Origin: Dictyostelium fasciculatum
Taxonomy: Eukaryota
Direction of reading: 5' to 3'
Assembly (NCBI RefSeq): GCF_000203815.1
Contig: NW_004457713.1
Span: forward strand, 9,358-73,357
Length of the DNA: 64,000 nucleotides
In this document: in pieces, positions 39,559 to 52,993 of the stretch
Position numbering within the stretch: the first letter of the stretch is position 1
Layout of the letters: the number at the start of each line of letters is the position of its first letter
Position numbers and translations under genes: made by a program
Notes under the pieces: model-generated
What the model was told of the DNA's origin: nothing
What the model saw: only the letters and a program-made list of their open reading frames with translations
Databases searched by the model: none

Positions 39559-41046
39559 TTACAATTCTCTCTTGTAAATCTTTGAGAGTAACTTGAGGAA
39601 AACTTCTTGTGGCATGATTCTGACGTTCTTGATCTTCTTGATGAGGTATTGGTAGGACTCGTCTTCGTATTTACGGAAGATCTTTTGAATGTCAATGTCT
39701 GCGTAGATCTTTTTGACAATGGATACATCTTCTTTGCTGTCACGACCATAGTGCTTCTTGAGAGCATCGATTTGAGCTGGAGTGCCATGGAGAATGGCTT
39801 GACAGATCAACCAACAACACTTGTTCTCTTCAATGTCACGACCAATCTTACCAATCACTGATGGATCACCATAACAGTCCAAGTAATCGTCTTGAATTTG
39901 AAAGTATTCACCCATTGGCAAGAGAATATCTTGAGCAGTATCAAAGGCAGGCTTGCTGGTGATACCGGCCATCAACATTGCCAATGCAACTGGGAGATAG
40001 AATGAATAGTATGATGTCTTGTATTTGACGATACGGTTGTAAGTGTCCAATTGGAAGAGTGAAAAGTCACCACGGTTTGGTTGAGTGGTGAGATCAAGAA
40101 GTTGTCCAAGTTCGGTTTGGTAGGTAACTTCGTGGAAGAGGTCCATAACATCGGCATAGTAGGCTTCATTTCTGAAATACTTTTTGATTAAAATATAGAT
40201 ACAAGATTCGAGAATAAATGAATCATTGATTGCAATATTACCAACTAAAGCATTTTGATCCTTTGAAATTGGCTAAAAACAAAAAGAAGAAATATAAATA
40301 AATAAATAATAAATATTAATAAATAATAAATATTTACATTATTGGTTCTGTACCAACATGGAGCACCTCTTCTGGTAATTGATTGATCCATAATATCATC
40401 AGAAACTAAAAAGAAAGCTTGCAACTATATAGTAGTAGTATTAAAAAAACCAACAACAACAACAAATTGAAAGGATTAGTATTTTAAATTTCAATTTGTT
40501 ATGCTTGTTGTTGTTGTTGTTGTTGTTGTTGAACTTACCCATTCAATACACCAACCCAAAACGTTTGCCTTAAACACCTCACTTCTAGTGAGTTGACGAC
40601 CTTCAACCAATAGTTGAAGTGAGTGAATAACGGTCAAACCACGATTCATCTTTCCACCGGCTACATTCTTTTCAATGTTCATACTGATCCAATGTCTTGC
40701 TGGCTCTGGAATGTCCATCGATGGAAGATCTTTGAGGATTTCATTCTTCAGAATTGGAAAGATCTCTACAAAGTCTTGTACCTCTTCTTTACCCTTCTTG
40801 TTGTTACCTGATGTATTATTGCTTTCAACTATAGATAGATAGGTATATATATATATATATATATATAAATATGTAAATAGTAGTGATACAAGTGATACAA
40901 GTAGTATTAGACATCTTTTGTTGTGTGTCATTATCGTCGTTACGACAAAAATATAAGAAACTAGACAATAATAACATACGTTGGGACATATTGGCAGTGA
41001 GGTGATCAGATATGACAGAGACACGTGATAGAGTTGAAGGATTCAT
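39559..41046 (-). CDS. fps: farnesyl diphosphate synthase
   Basis: Minus-strand exons at 40980..41046, 40539..40828, 40338..40424 and 39559..40272, all phase-consistent, giving 385 aa. FARM motif [13 protein letters not shown] and second motif [12 protein letters not shown] are present. It is collinear with human FDPS. Confidence 0.9.
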
Positions 41047-41459
41047 TATCTCTTTCTATTTCGTTGTTTATACGTATAATAAAAATGTTGGTCTGATGGT
41101 GGTGATGATGAGGAGAAACGATTAAAAAATCTGATGATCGCTTTTTTTTTTTTTTTTTTAATTTTTTGTACAAAAAAAAACAAAAAGTCTTTTAAATATA
41201 AAATATATAAAATTCCTTTCAGTCCAGGTAGTAATTAAAGGATCTTGCTTTTAATTCACTGGCTGCAAGGAATATTGGCTCTCACTCTTTGCATACTTTT
41301 TATAGGGTGCTAATCGGAAAGCGGTGGTGGTTTGAGGAGGGGTTGATGTTTTTTTTTTTTTTTTTTTTTTGTTTTATTTTAAATGTTTGATGGTTTTGTG
41401 TTTAAAAAAGGTTCAACAATTATATATTAATTACTAAAGTCAGATAATAATAATAATAT

Positions 41460-41499
<40 letters not shown>

Positions 41500-41500
41500 G
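41047..41500. promoter_or_regulatory. 454-bp divergent intergenic region between fps (minus) and canA (plus) start codons; candidate bidirectional promoter
   Basis: Head-to-head ATGs sit at 41046 and 41501. The spacer is AT-rich with long oligo(dT)/(dA) tracts. Confidence 0.4.
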
Positions 41501-43583
41501 ATGAGTAGTACTACAACTGCTACATCTGCTGAAAACAGCAACACCTCTACTACTTCTACTACCACTACAACTTCATCAACAAATGACAATACCTCCTCTT
41601 CCTCTACTACCACAACAGCTGCTGCAACACCAACACCAACAGAAGTTTCAGCTTCACCAAAACCAGCAAAGTTGGCATGGACCAAATCAATGACAGATTT
41701 AAAGAAACTATCTACTACAGAGAGAGTTGTCACTAGTGTCAAATATCCAAGATCAGAACCTTTGACTCGTGATCAGTTGTTCAATTTGGACAAGACTATC
41801 AATCTTGTTAAACTACAAGAACACTTTTTCAACGAAGGTAGATTACAACATGAGCATGTCATTGAAATTGTTAAAATGGCTGCTGAAGTATTGGAAAGAG
41901 AACCAACTCTTTTGTGTGTTGAAGCTCCAATCACAGGTATGCACTATATCAGTAATACTATTAGGTTAGTGGTGTCTAATTTCTAATCATTTGAATTATC
42001 ATATCCTCTTTTTTAGTTTGTGGAGATATTCATGGCCAATTCTATGATTTGGTTAAACTTTTTGAAAATGATATTGGTGGAAATCCGGCCAACAACAGTT
42101 ATCTGTTCCTTGGTGACTATGTAGATAGAGGTTATTTCTCAATGGAGGTTATTCTTTATCTCTATGCATGCAAGATTAACTATCCATCTACTTTCTTCCT
42201 TCTTAGAGGTAATCATGAATGTAGACATTTAACTGATTATTTTACTTTTAAAGAAGAATGTAAGTTTCGACAAATATATATATATAGTAGTCGTTTAAAT
42301 TACTAGAGATTTTGATATTTATAGATATATATTATCTTTAGGTTTACATAAATATAGTGAAGAGATATATGACTTTATTACAGAATCATTTAATGCACTC
42401 CCATTGGCCGCCTTGTTGAATGGTAAATTCTTGTGTATACATGGAGGTCTATCACCTGATATTAAAACTGTAGGTAACACTTAACAAAACAAAACAAAAC
42501 AAAAACAAAACATCATCAAACCCATAGTTTTATTAATATATTTTTATCTCTATTTATATTTATATTTAGCTTGATGACATTGCAAATATTGATAGATTTA
42601 GAGAACCACCATCATCAGGACCAATGTGTGATTTATTATGGGCAGATCCAATGGAAGAATTCACACCAGATATTAAAGAGCACTATCTTCCCAATGATGT
42701 CAGAGGATGTTCATACAATTATAGTTACAATGCAGTTTGTCACTTTTTACAACAAAACAAATTACTCTCTGTCATTAGAGCTCACGAAGCCCAAAATGCT
42801 GGTTATAGAATGTATCATCGTAATGCTGCCACTGGATTTCCATCAGTTATTACACTCTTTTCTGCTCCAAACTATTTGGATGCCTATAATAATAAGGGTG
42901 CTATTCTAAGGTAAAGAAAAAAAAAGAAAAAAAAATATTATCTTCCTTTACCAACTACAACTATATTTTTTAGATATGAAAATAATGAAATGAATATTAG
43001 ACAATTTACATGTTCACCTCATCCCTATTGGTTACCAAACTTTATGGATGTATTTACATGGTCGATGCCATTTGTTTCAGAAAAGGTGGCAGAGATGTTG
43101 TTGGTATTCCTCAATCTATGTGACGATGAGGAAGCAGAAAAGCAAGAAACCAAAGAGGTTGATTCAGAAGAGGAAAAGAGAAAGCAGATGCTTCGTGCCA
43201 AGGTTCGCTCTGTTTCAAAGATTATGAGAATGTTCTCAATCCTTCGTCAAGAGAGGGAAACGATCATGATGATCAAGAGTTTTACGCCATCTAGAAAGAT
43301 TCCACAAGGTCTATTGACAGAGGGCAAGGATGCACTCAAAAGAGCATTGGGCGACTTTGCCAAAGCCAGAAAGATGGACATGGTCAACGAAAAGAGACCA
43401 CCACTCATCGATCGAGTCAATAGTCGTGGTGAATTACTTCGAATGAATAGTCGAGGTGAATTGTTCCGTATCAACAGTAGAGGTGAATTATTTAGAAGTA
43501 ATTCATATGCTGATCTTAAACCAAATCATGGTCCTCAAGAAACTATTACCGTTACAGAGGTAATTGATAAAAAATCTCATTAA
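41501..43583 (+). CDS. canA: calcineurin A (Ser/Thr protein phosphatase 2B catalytic subunit) with S/T-rich N-terminal extension
   Basis: Exons at 41501..41936, 42017..42259, 42342..42469, 42570..42910 and 42974..43583. PPP motifs: GDIHGQ, GDYVDRG, LRGNHE. The calcineurin-specific C-terminus matches ([33 protein letters not shown], calmodulin-binding and autoinhibitory regions). Confidence 0.9.
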
Positions 43584-43959
43584 ACTTTAAAACATTTAAT
43601 GTTTTACTCTATCCATCCATCCGTCCGTCCATACGTCCATCTGTCCATCATCATCATCATCATCACAATTTACTCGTTAACAGCTTGTTATGTAAAAAAT
43701 CAAACAAATAAACAAACAAATTTAGACCAACCAATCCAAACCGCGCCTTCTTTACAACGTTATTCGTTTTTTTGGACAAAAAACAATTAAATTTAATTTT
43801 TTTAAAATTTTTAAAAAAACGACGAATCCCTTTTCCCCTTCTCTCTCCCCGCTCACTCGCTCCTCGCAGTTTGTGTTATTTTTTTTTACTTGTTTTGAAT
43901 AAAACTCTTTGAAGATCTTGTTTTGAAAACTAGTAGAGAAAGTACAATCTTAGAGAGAA

Positions 43960-45990
43960 ATGGAAGAATTAGTAATCACAGTTGATACTGCAGAGAATAG
44001 TTTTGGTTGGATTGGAAAAGAATTAAATGATAGTCATATCTACATTGATCAAACAACATCATCCAAATCAACTTCAGCAGCTGCAGAATACTCTTTATTT
44101 TCAACAACATCAATTAGAAATGTAGAGCCAGTCGGTCAAGGTTTTGAATTACTTTGGAAAAAGTTACAAAAGAAAGAAGACGACAATGGTATCTACAAAT
44201 TGGTTGAAACCAATCAAGATGAATCAAACTCTGGTAGCGAAGATGACATGGAAGAGAATGATGAACAATTCCAAGCTTTGAAACAAAAGTTCAAGTCAAA
44301 GGAATGGTTAAAGGATGCCGATCATTACGATATCATGGGTCTCTCACACTTGAGATGGCGTGCAACCGATCAAGACATCAAATTGGCATACAAGCGTATG
44401 ATCCTTATTTGTCATCCAGACAAGAATCCAGGTACCTCTGATGAAAGTTTCAAGGCATTGCAAAAGGCATACGATTTGTTGAGCGATCCAAAGAAACGTC
44501 GTGCCTTTGACTCCAAGGAACCATTCGATGACGATCTTCCAACTGAAAGAGCCGCCGCACAAGGTGATTTCTTCAAGGTATTTGGTCCAGTGTTTGAAAT
44601 GAACAGTCGTTGGTCAAGCGTTCAACCTGCACCAAAGTTGGGTGACATTGATACTCCCTATGACAAGGTTACCAAGTTTTATGACTTTTGGTATGCATTC
44701 AAGACATGGAGAGAGTTTACATTCGACGATGATCACGAACTCGATCAAGCAGAGTCGAGAGATGAACGTCGTTGGATGGAAGCACAAAACGAGAAAAAGA
44801 GATCAAAACTCAAAAAGGAAGAAGCTGCACGTATCTTGGAACTCGCCAACATGGCCTACAAGAAAGATCCACGTATCCTCAAAAAGTTAAAGGCCGAAGA
44901 AGATCAACGTGAACAAGCCAAACAAGCCAAAAAGGATGCCATCATTAAAAAGAGAGAAGAGGCTGAAGAGGCTGTAAGAAGAGAGAAACAACGTATCATT
45001 GACGAGGAGAGAAAGAAAAAGGAAGACGAAGAGGAACGTAAAAGAAAGAAAAGAGAAGAGGAAAGTAGAGTCACCACTGTCAAGGGTGATTTCAGAAACG
45101 TTTGTTATGCTCCTCTCTATGCCGTACCTGCACCACCATCCATCGAGGATGTAGAATTGGTATGCGCTGAATTCACTCTCGAAGAGTTGGAACAACTCAC
45201 CAAACAATTCCAATCAATGTCTGTCGAGTCGGAAAAGAAATCATTGTTTGTCGAACAAGTCTCATTTGCCAAGGGTCACAAGACCGATCGTGAAAAGAGG
45301 GCTTTGGATAGTAAGAAATCAAACAACGATGTCAATGAAAAGGAAAAGGTTTGGACCGAGGAAGAGTTGGCTCAATTGGCAAAGGCCATTCAAAAGTATC
45401 CACCAGGTCATTCAAATCGTTGGGAGATGGTTTCTGGTTTGATCCCAACTCGTACACTCAAGGAAGTTATCAACAAGGCCAAGGAAGCTCAACCAACCAA
45501 GGCATCTTTTGCCAAACCTGTCGTTCAACAAGTATCTGCCTATGATAAATTCAAATCAAAGGTTGGTGACAAAGTTATCAACTCTGAACTTTCAAAGAGA
45601 GTTGAACCTTTAGAATCGGTCATTGTCGAAACACCAGCTGCTGCTGCTGAAACACCAGCACCAGTCGCCACCACCGCCGCTGTAGCCACCACTACCACTA
45701 CCACTACGACACCAGCTGCTGCTGTTGCCACTCCAGTTGTTCCATCTGCTGCCGTTGCCAAAAAGCCAGCTGCTGCTGCTACTACTGCTGCCGCCGCTGC
45801 CTCAACCGAACCAGCTTGGTCACCAGAAGAACAAAAGCTTTTGGAAGAAGGTATGCAAAAGTTTGACAAGTCACTCGAAGATAGATGGGATCAAATCTCT
45901 GCCCATGTAAGCACAAAATCTAAAAAGGATTGTGTTAATCGTTACAAATATCTTGTTACTCTTTACAAATCTCAAGCCCAAGCTAAATAA
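43960..45990 (+). CDS. DnaJ homolog subfamily C member 2 (zuotin / MPP11-like): J domain plus two SANT/Myb domains
   Basis: Single 676-aa ORF. J-domain HPDK motif (YKRMILICHPDKNPG), a charged helical middle, and two SANT repeats (WTEEELAQLAKAIQKYP..., WSPEEQKLLEEGMQKF...). Confidence 0.85.
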   Translation: MEELVITVDTAENSFGWIGKELNDSHIYIDQTTSSKSTSAAAEYSLFSTTSIRNVEPVGQGFELLWKKLQKKEDDNGIYKLVETNQDESNSGSEDDMEENDEQFQALKQKFKSKEWLKDADHYDIMGLSHLRWRATDQDIKLAYKRMILICHPDKNPGTSDESFKALQKAYDLLSDPKKRRAFDSKEPFDDDLPTERAAAQGDFFKVFGPVFEMNSRWSSVQPAPKLGDIDTPYDKVTKFYDFWYAFKTWREFTFDDDHELDQAESRDERRWMEAQNEKKRSKLKKEEAARILELANMAYKKDPRILKKLKAEEDQREQAKQAKKDAIIKKREEAEEAVRREKQRIIDEERKKKEDEEERKRKKREEESRVTTVKGDFRNVCYAPLYAVPAPPSIEDVELVCAEFTLEELEQLTKQFQSMSVESEKKSLFVEQVSFAKGHKTDREKRALDSKKSNNDVNEKEKVWTEEELAQLAKAIQKYPPGHSNRWEMVSGLIPTRTLKEVINKAKEAQPTKASFAKPVVQQVSAYDKFKSKVGDKVINSELSKRVEPLESVIVETPAAAAETPAPVATTAAVATTTTTTTTPAAAVATPVVPSAAVAKKPAAAATTAAAAASTEPAWSPEEQKLLEEGMQKFDKSLEDRWDQISAHVSTKSKKDCVNRYKYLVTLYKSQAQAK

Positions 45991-46048
45991 AAGTAAAATT
46001 TAATTTAATTAAAAATACTATATTATAATTTATTTAAAAAATTTTAGT

Positions 46049-47054
46049 TTAATCCAACTCTGAAGATTTAACTCTTTTGGCAGGTCTTTTTCTTTGTTGT
46101 TGTTGTAGATTACGAAGATAATTCTTTTGATAACTATCCTTTTGAATTTGAGAAGACTTTTTATCAATGTAATTCAATACCTTGTCGTTTGACATGATAT
46201 CACCAATGGTACCTCTCTTTTTCTCCTTGCTAGTGAATCTATTAAAATAGTCTGTATGATTATCGACAAATGTACCAATTTCAAATAGTTTTGGTAGACT
46301 TTGTTTGTCTGAACTGCTAAAGTGTCCTTGTGATGGATCGGCAAATCTTTGAAGATTGATCAATTTTGCTTCACGTTTCATTTCCTTGGTTACACCTCCA
46401 ACTCCAAATCTTACTGTATTCTTTTTCTTATTTGTATTCTTATTGTCAACAAGAGCACCATGATCATTTCTTGTCATACCATTACTCTCTGTTGTTGGTA
46501 ATATATTTTTAGATTCATCAATCGATACTATCTTTTTTTTGATATTATTTAAAGATTCCTCTTCAATGTCTATAAATGTTTGTTTTGATGTCTTTTCTAA
46601 ATCCTTTCTTAATATATCTGTCTCTTTTGAACTAATAATAATAATAATAATAATAATAATGGTTAGCTATCACGTTTACATTATGAGAGAGATATATATT
46701 AAGGTACATTGTATTTTTCTTGACGAGTGTATCTATATTTGAAGCAGCAGACATTGCCAATGTCTCTAGTAATTCCAATTCATCTGTTTAACAAAAAAAC
46801 AAGTTGATTTAGTGTGACTTTAACAAGTTTTATAATATATTACTATCTTTTGATCAATAGTACTATATTAATAAAGTATTTACCATTTGTTATCTTTGAG
46901 TTATCGAAATTATTCTTCTTTTTCTTTGTTGTTGTTGTTGTTTTTTTTTGTTGTCTTTTGCTGATCTCGTTGTCGTTGTAGAAGTAGTATTATCAGTCAA
47001 TGAAATGACATCACTTCCATCTTCTAGATCAATTGTTCCTGTTCCTCTTGTCAT
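46049..47054 (-). CDS. hypothetical basic nuclear-type protein; the three-exon model has an apparent frameshift in exon 1
   Basis: Minus-strand exons at 46884..47054, 46708..46783 and 46049..46631, with GTAAAT and GTACCT donors and phase-consistent junctions. Exon 1 starts in one frame (MTRGTG...) and must switch by one base at an A9 run near 46945-46953 to reach the frame that splices onward. Confidence 0.4.
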
Positions 47055-47419
47055 CGTTCTTTACTTTACTTTTGTATGTATGTTAAGTAAGTAAGTACCT
47101 TTTTACAACAATATTGGTTTCGTTCGTTTTTTTCGCCTTGTTTTTTTTTTTTTTTTAATTAAAATAATAATAATATTTTTTTGCAATATTAAATTTCTTA
47201 AATTCTCATCAACTAGGAACGATTAATCCTAGTACTATTAGTATGAGAGAATGTACCAATGAGAGATGATCATTAAATTATTTTTTAAAAATATATACCT
47301 TTAATTTTAAATATGAAAACTATTTTTCTAGGAAATATTTTAATTGTCTTTCCCTTTCTGACAAAAACTTTATATCTTTTTCATTATTTTGTGTGTATTT
47401 ACTACTACAGATAGGTTAG

Positions 47420-50400
47420 ATGGAGATAATAGATCATGACCAAGACGATAGAATAATAGATGCCTATCAAGAATACATTCAAATAGTAGCAAGTAGAAGT
47501 CGAGGAGGAGGTTCATCTTCTCAATTGGATGACAATGCCAATGATCAGGACGATGTCAATAACAACAACAACAACATTCATGGTGGCGATAATCAAAACA
47601 AAGAAAGAGATCATTTACTCAAACTTGTTGATCAAGCTGGTGAAGAAGTAGTCATCAACTTTTACAGACAAAGAATTGAACAATCAAAGTTATTGGCACC
47701 ATACATGAAAGCAATATTGCTTTCATACACTCTTCTACCAAAGTACATCTTTTCAATTGAAAACTCTCCAAACAACAATCAAGAGGAAGATGAAATGATA
47801 GACGACGATGATGACGACGACAACGACTATGACGACGATCAAGACAACAAGAAAAAGAAAAAGAACAAGAACAAGAAAAAGAAAAAGAAGCCACCACAAA
47901 AATCATTACAATCCTATGAATCAGAGTATGAGAATATTCGAGCACACTTTATTATAGATTTTATCAAAGATATTAGTACTAGTCAGTACCCACTTGGAGA
48001 CGAATCAGATCTCACCGAATGTGTAGTGACTATGAATAGTGAGGCAAGTTTAAACTTATTTAATAACCATTACAACATTATTTGTTAACCTTTTTTTCCA
48101 TAGTGTGATGGTTTCAAGTCTAATCATGTTCAAGGAGTATTGACAGCTATTCAAACAACCTTTGATCAAAACAACAAAGCACAATTGTTAGAGTTGTATC
48201 CAAAATTCCTTTCACAAGCTGTTTACTTGCAAAGTTGTAGCAACAACAATGATAGTGATGAAATAGCAGGCTTTCAACACAATTCCATTATATCCATCAC
48301 AAAACCCACTTGGAAGAAACATCTTTTAGGTGGAATCATTCAAATGTTTAATGATATATCTCTTTCAAAATCAGACTTGACACATATTGTTGATAATACC
48401 ATAGAGTATGTAAAAGAAAAAAAAAAAAAAAAAAAACACACACGCACCAAAAACTAATATTAACTTACATCAATATTATTTTTATTTATTTAGATGTTTA
48501 AAAGGATTAAAACATACTGAATTACCAGAAGCAATTTATAAATTGACATTATTATCTTCACATGGACAAAAAGGATATATTCTTGGTAAAGTTGTTGATC
48601 TTTTGGAAGCTAAATCAAGATCCACCAATGAAAATGATATAGTTTGGTTATCCAATCAAGCTTTTATAGCATTTCAAGTAAACATTAGTGTCAAACAAGA
48701 TATGGGACTTGGCAAAGAATTTCTCAAACTCGATCATAGTTTGTCAAGATTTGATCTCATATTTTTACTCTCGATAGCTGCAATTCCAAGGTTTAAATCA
48801 CAAGTAATCGCAATTTTAAAATCACAATTATTAAAATATTTAAAAAGTAACTATATATAAAAAAAAAAAAAAAACCTATAATATCTTCTATATATCTTTT
48901 ATATATTAATAATATTTAATATTTATTTAATCTAGATCCAAAACATGATTTAAAACATATTATGAATTTAGCAAATAGAATTAAAGACTCTGAAGAATGG
49001 AATCAATTGGTTGAACCATTTTTGGCATTTGCAATTTGCTTGGTTGATACCAATGCAATGTTGATAACAGAACCTATTCGAAGAGCTAGAGAAATGGGAA
49101 GAGAGCTTTTGGAAATTTTATTTGGTAATCAATTGTCACAATCCACTATTATGGATGAAATTGTTGGAAGAATACAAACAAAATCAGATAATCTCCATCC
49201 TTGGTTCCTCTTGCTCACCAAATTGGCAACCAAGGAACAAGCATTTCTACAAAAATCCTTTTCAAAACTCAAAGACTCTCTGGATTATATCCAATACTAT
49301 TCTCCGAGCACAGTGCGTCAGCTCATCACTGCATTCAATCTTATATGTCGTGGTGAAGGAAATACTTCACTTCAAGATGGTATCATTATCACTCTTAAAA
49401 AATCAATGTTTAAAAAAGAACCAGAAGCCAGAGCTGCTGCCATTACCGGTTTCCTTCAAGTACTAAAAGATATCCCTCTTTCTACCCAACCAAAATTGGT
49501 CTATGATATTCTGGGTAATCTTAGAAGAGCTCTCAGTCAACAAGCATCTATTCGTTCCCTTTTATACAGTGGTCTCAAAGATTTGGTTAGATCAAAAAAA
49601 TATATTGGCAATTATATTTGTGAAATTTTACTTTTTCATGTATGTACAAAAAGAAAAAAAAAGAAAAGAAAAGAAAAGAAAAGAAACAAAATATATTTAT
49701 TTATTATTTTTTTTTTAAAAGTTTCAACAAATCTATCATCACAAAATTCAACCCGAATTTTTCAATTCATTTTCAAAAGCAGAACATGGAGGAAGAGTTT
49801 TATCTGAACCATTTGATCAACTTGTCAATTGTATTCAATTTTGTATTAGAAATACATCTAGACCCATCAATAATAATAATAATGGTGAACAAAACAACCC
49901 ATCAGCTTCAAATGTTTTGGACCAATTGACAAGAGAATTTGATGGGTTTGTAGAACAAATGTCGGCCATTACGATCAAATCCTTAACCTTATTGTCTCCT
50001 TTGGAAATTGGAATCGTTATTGGTGTATTGGAGGCTTTGATTGAATACCAAGCAACATCACAAACGCCTGTCGATAACAATATTATTAACAGACTTATAT
50101 TACAATGCCGAGATGCACAAGTCGCTCTCAACACTCAAAAAGAACAATCAAAAACCAAAACCTCACCAAAACAATCGTCCACAAAAACCAAAAAAAAAAG
50201 AAAAAGAGACCAAGAAGAAGAAGACGACGACGACGATGATGAAGAAGAAAACCAAGATGAAAGTGATGGTGGTGTTGTTGACAAGAGTGCACCCAAAAAA
50301 AAGGCCACTGACAAAAAATTACAAGTAAAAGAACAACCCCGTGAACCACTTTCAGCTTATTGCATCATTAGACTCTTTGAAGTGATTCATCCAATTTTGG

Positions 50401-52178
50401 AGAAATCTCTAATCAAAAAAAACCCTGCTGCATTGACCAAAATTTCAAAATTTTTAAACTTTGTTTATATTTCTGCAAATTCTAGATTAAAAAGGGTAAC
50501 ACTTAAAACAAAACAAAAGAATACAAAACAAAACAAAAACCAACCAAATATATTTTTTTTTTTTACTCCTATAGATGTTTGAAGAATTAAAGTCATTTAA
50601 AGAATTAAATATTGATGAATCCAAAGAGAGTCCTTTTAAAACTGGTCATCGAGAATGTTCAACCATATTTAAATACCTTTTAAATCATGTGAATAATTTG
50701 GAATGGCATTCCCTCGTAATCGATGATGATGGAGATAAAGACTTGTCAAAAAAACCTTCAATCCAAATGATGATCCTTCAACCAATGAAAATTATTGTAA
50801 TTATTTTAAAAAAAAAAAGATAGAATGTTCATATTATTAAATTTATTTTAATTTTCTACATTTTTTTTTTTTTTAGGTTGATTATTTTTGTTTTGAAACT
50901 GACTCTATTGAACCCATTCTTGGTTTATATGTAAACAAGACACCAACAAATGAAGAAAGACAGGTGACACAATTAATTGAACAAATTCTCTATCATCAAA
51001 AAATGTGTCTTGATTCAGAAATCCCTCATCAACGTTGGGATGAAACAGAGTTATTGTTAAACATTATTTGGGTGCTCACCAACAAACCATCCATAAAGAA
51101 ACAAACACTCACAGTCATGAAAGAGTTTGTTGCTAGACTTTACCAACAAAAAGTCAACTCGCCTGCTCTTGCTTCTGTCATCACAAAGTTGTGTTTGGAA
51201 AGCAATTCCTTTAAAGAAAATATTGTTATTGCTAGAGATATCAATATATTCTTGGAAACTCCTCAAAAACAAGAAGAAGAAGATGATGAAGAAGAAGAGA
51301 GTGACGACCAACAAAACAATATTATCAACATACGCACTCATGAGGCAGTTGAAACACAACTTTTGAAATTTACAAATGATGCAATCGATAGAGTTGATGA
51401 ACTTATCAACACGTTGAAAAAGGATGACAAGCAATTCACCAATGCCAACGAAAAGTCATGCAGTGAAATGAAAAGAATATTGGAACTTTTGGTTGAAACG
51501 AAATTAATCAACATGAAACCAGGCACAACAAGAGAAAAACACCTCAAAACTGTCAAGAAACTCTTTGTTGTCCTCTTTAAACACCAATCGGCAATGATCT
51601 CTAAAAAAATGAATCCTCCACGAGGAGAATCAGAGTTTAAGAAAATGGTACACCTTGCATCTCTCCTCTTTTCCGAGACTCTAAATGCAGCCAAACTCGA
51701 CCAAACACCTCAAAGCAACAACAAATCAAAAAAGGATTCTGGAAAACAATCTGCCTTTATTCTTAGAGAATCAAAGTTTATTCCAATTCTCACATTTAAT
51801 TTGGAAAAGTACGAGTCTGCCGTCATTAGATATGAACAGAAATTCAAGACATCAACTTTGGGTAAATACTTTAAAAAGACTGCTGTTAATAGCCTCAATT
51901 TTGCCGACAATGACGATGCATTTAAGAATGCATTATCGGATGAAGATGAACCAAAGAAAAAGAAACAACCAACCAAGAAATCTGGAGCAGTAAAGTCTCC
52001 AACCAACAAAAAACCTGCTGCACCAAAGCTTAGAAAATCATCACCAAAACCAAAACAAACACAAAAAAAACCTGCTAATTTTAGATCTCCAACTTCAAGA
52101 AAACCTTTTAATTCTAAATCAAATAATAATTATAATAGTGATGATGATGATGATGATGACAATGATGATGACAATTAA
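47420..52178 (+). CDS. FANCD2-like protein (Fanconi anaemia group D2 homolog), 1426 aa
   Basis: Seven exons: 47420..48043, 48104..48405, 48494..48846, 48936..49639, 49722..50495, 50575..50796, 50877..52178, all phase-consistent. The first intron has a GC donor (AG|GCAAGT at 48044). The length is close to the 1451-aa human FANCD2. There is N-terminal similarity (LLKLVDQAGEEV versus FVKLLKISGIIL), a ubiquitination-region-like LRRALSQQASIRSLLYSGL, and an acidic D-rich C-terminus. The identity rests on remembered human sequence and is moderate. Confidence 0.55.
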
Positions 52179-52283
52179 TAAAAATTAAATTATTAAGTTA
52201 TTACTTTAAAAAAAACAAAAAAAACCCTCCCATTCCACTCATTTGATCATGATCATCAATCACTATCAATAATCAATTTTAAA

Positions 52284-52958
52284 ATGAACAAATTAATAAT
52301 ATCGAAAAGTTTACTTTTTAACACTGTTTCTACAATCAAGAATACTCCACTACTACAACTACAATCAACTAGTAGTACTTTGGTCTCTTCAATATCATCA
52401 TCTTTGTCGTCATCATCGACATCATCATTTTCTACTACTAGTAGTTTTAGTAAAAATGATATTTTATCAAGAAGATCATCATTATTATTGCCATCAAACT
52501 CTTTTACTAGTTTGATGAGTGGAAGAATGATGATGATCAAGGTCAATGCAGATGAAGACGAAGATCAAGAAAACAAGAAACCTGTTCTCACCAAAGAGGA
52601 AAAGGAAAAGTTAAAATCACAGAAAAAAGAAGACAAAAAGGAAAGAGATCAAGTTAAAAAGGACAATAGACAAAAGATGATCGAACGGTCAAAGGCAATC
52701 AAAGAAAAGAACAAAGAAAAAGAAACCAAATCAAAAGAGAAATTGGATCAAATGAAAAAGGAAAATACAAGAGCACCACTCTCTTTTTTGCCATCGACTG
52801 ACAATAGTAGCACTCTTTATGACAAGGACGATGAAGATGACGATAAGTTTTCATACGAACAAGGTTCTGCCGATCATGATGGTGGATCAAAACAAAAGAA
52901 ACCAAAATTAAAACCAAATGTTAAAAAACCAAACAACAATAAGAACTTTCATAGATAG
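52284..52958 (+). CDS. hypothetical K/E-rich protein with S/T-rich presequence-like N-terminus (224 aa)
   Basis: Single ORF. No recognised domain. The ATG lies 106 bp downstream of the preceding gene's stop. Confidence 0.4.
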   Translation: MNKLIISKSLLFNTVSTIKNTPLLQLQSTSSTLVSSISSSLSSSSTSSFSTTSSFSKNDILSRRSSLLLPSNSFTSLMSGRMMMIKVNADEDEDQENKKPVLTKEEKEKLKSQKKEDKKERDQVKKDNRQKMIERSKAIKEKNKEKETKSKEKLDQMKKENTRAPLSFLPSTDNSSTLYDKDDEDDDKFSYEQGSADHDGGSKQKKPKLKPNVKKPNNNKNFHR

Positions 52959-52959
52959 A

Positions 52960-52993
<34 letters not shown>

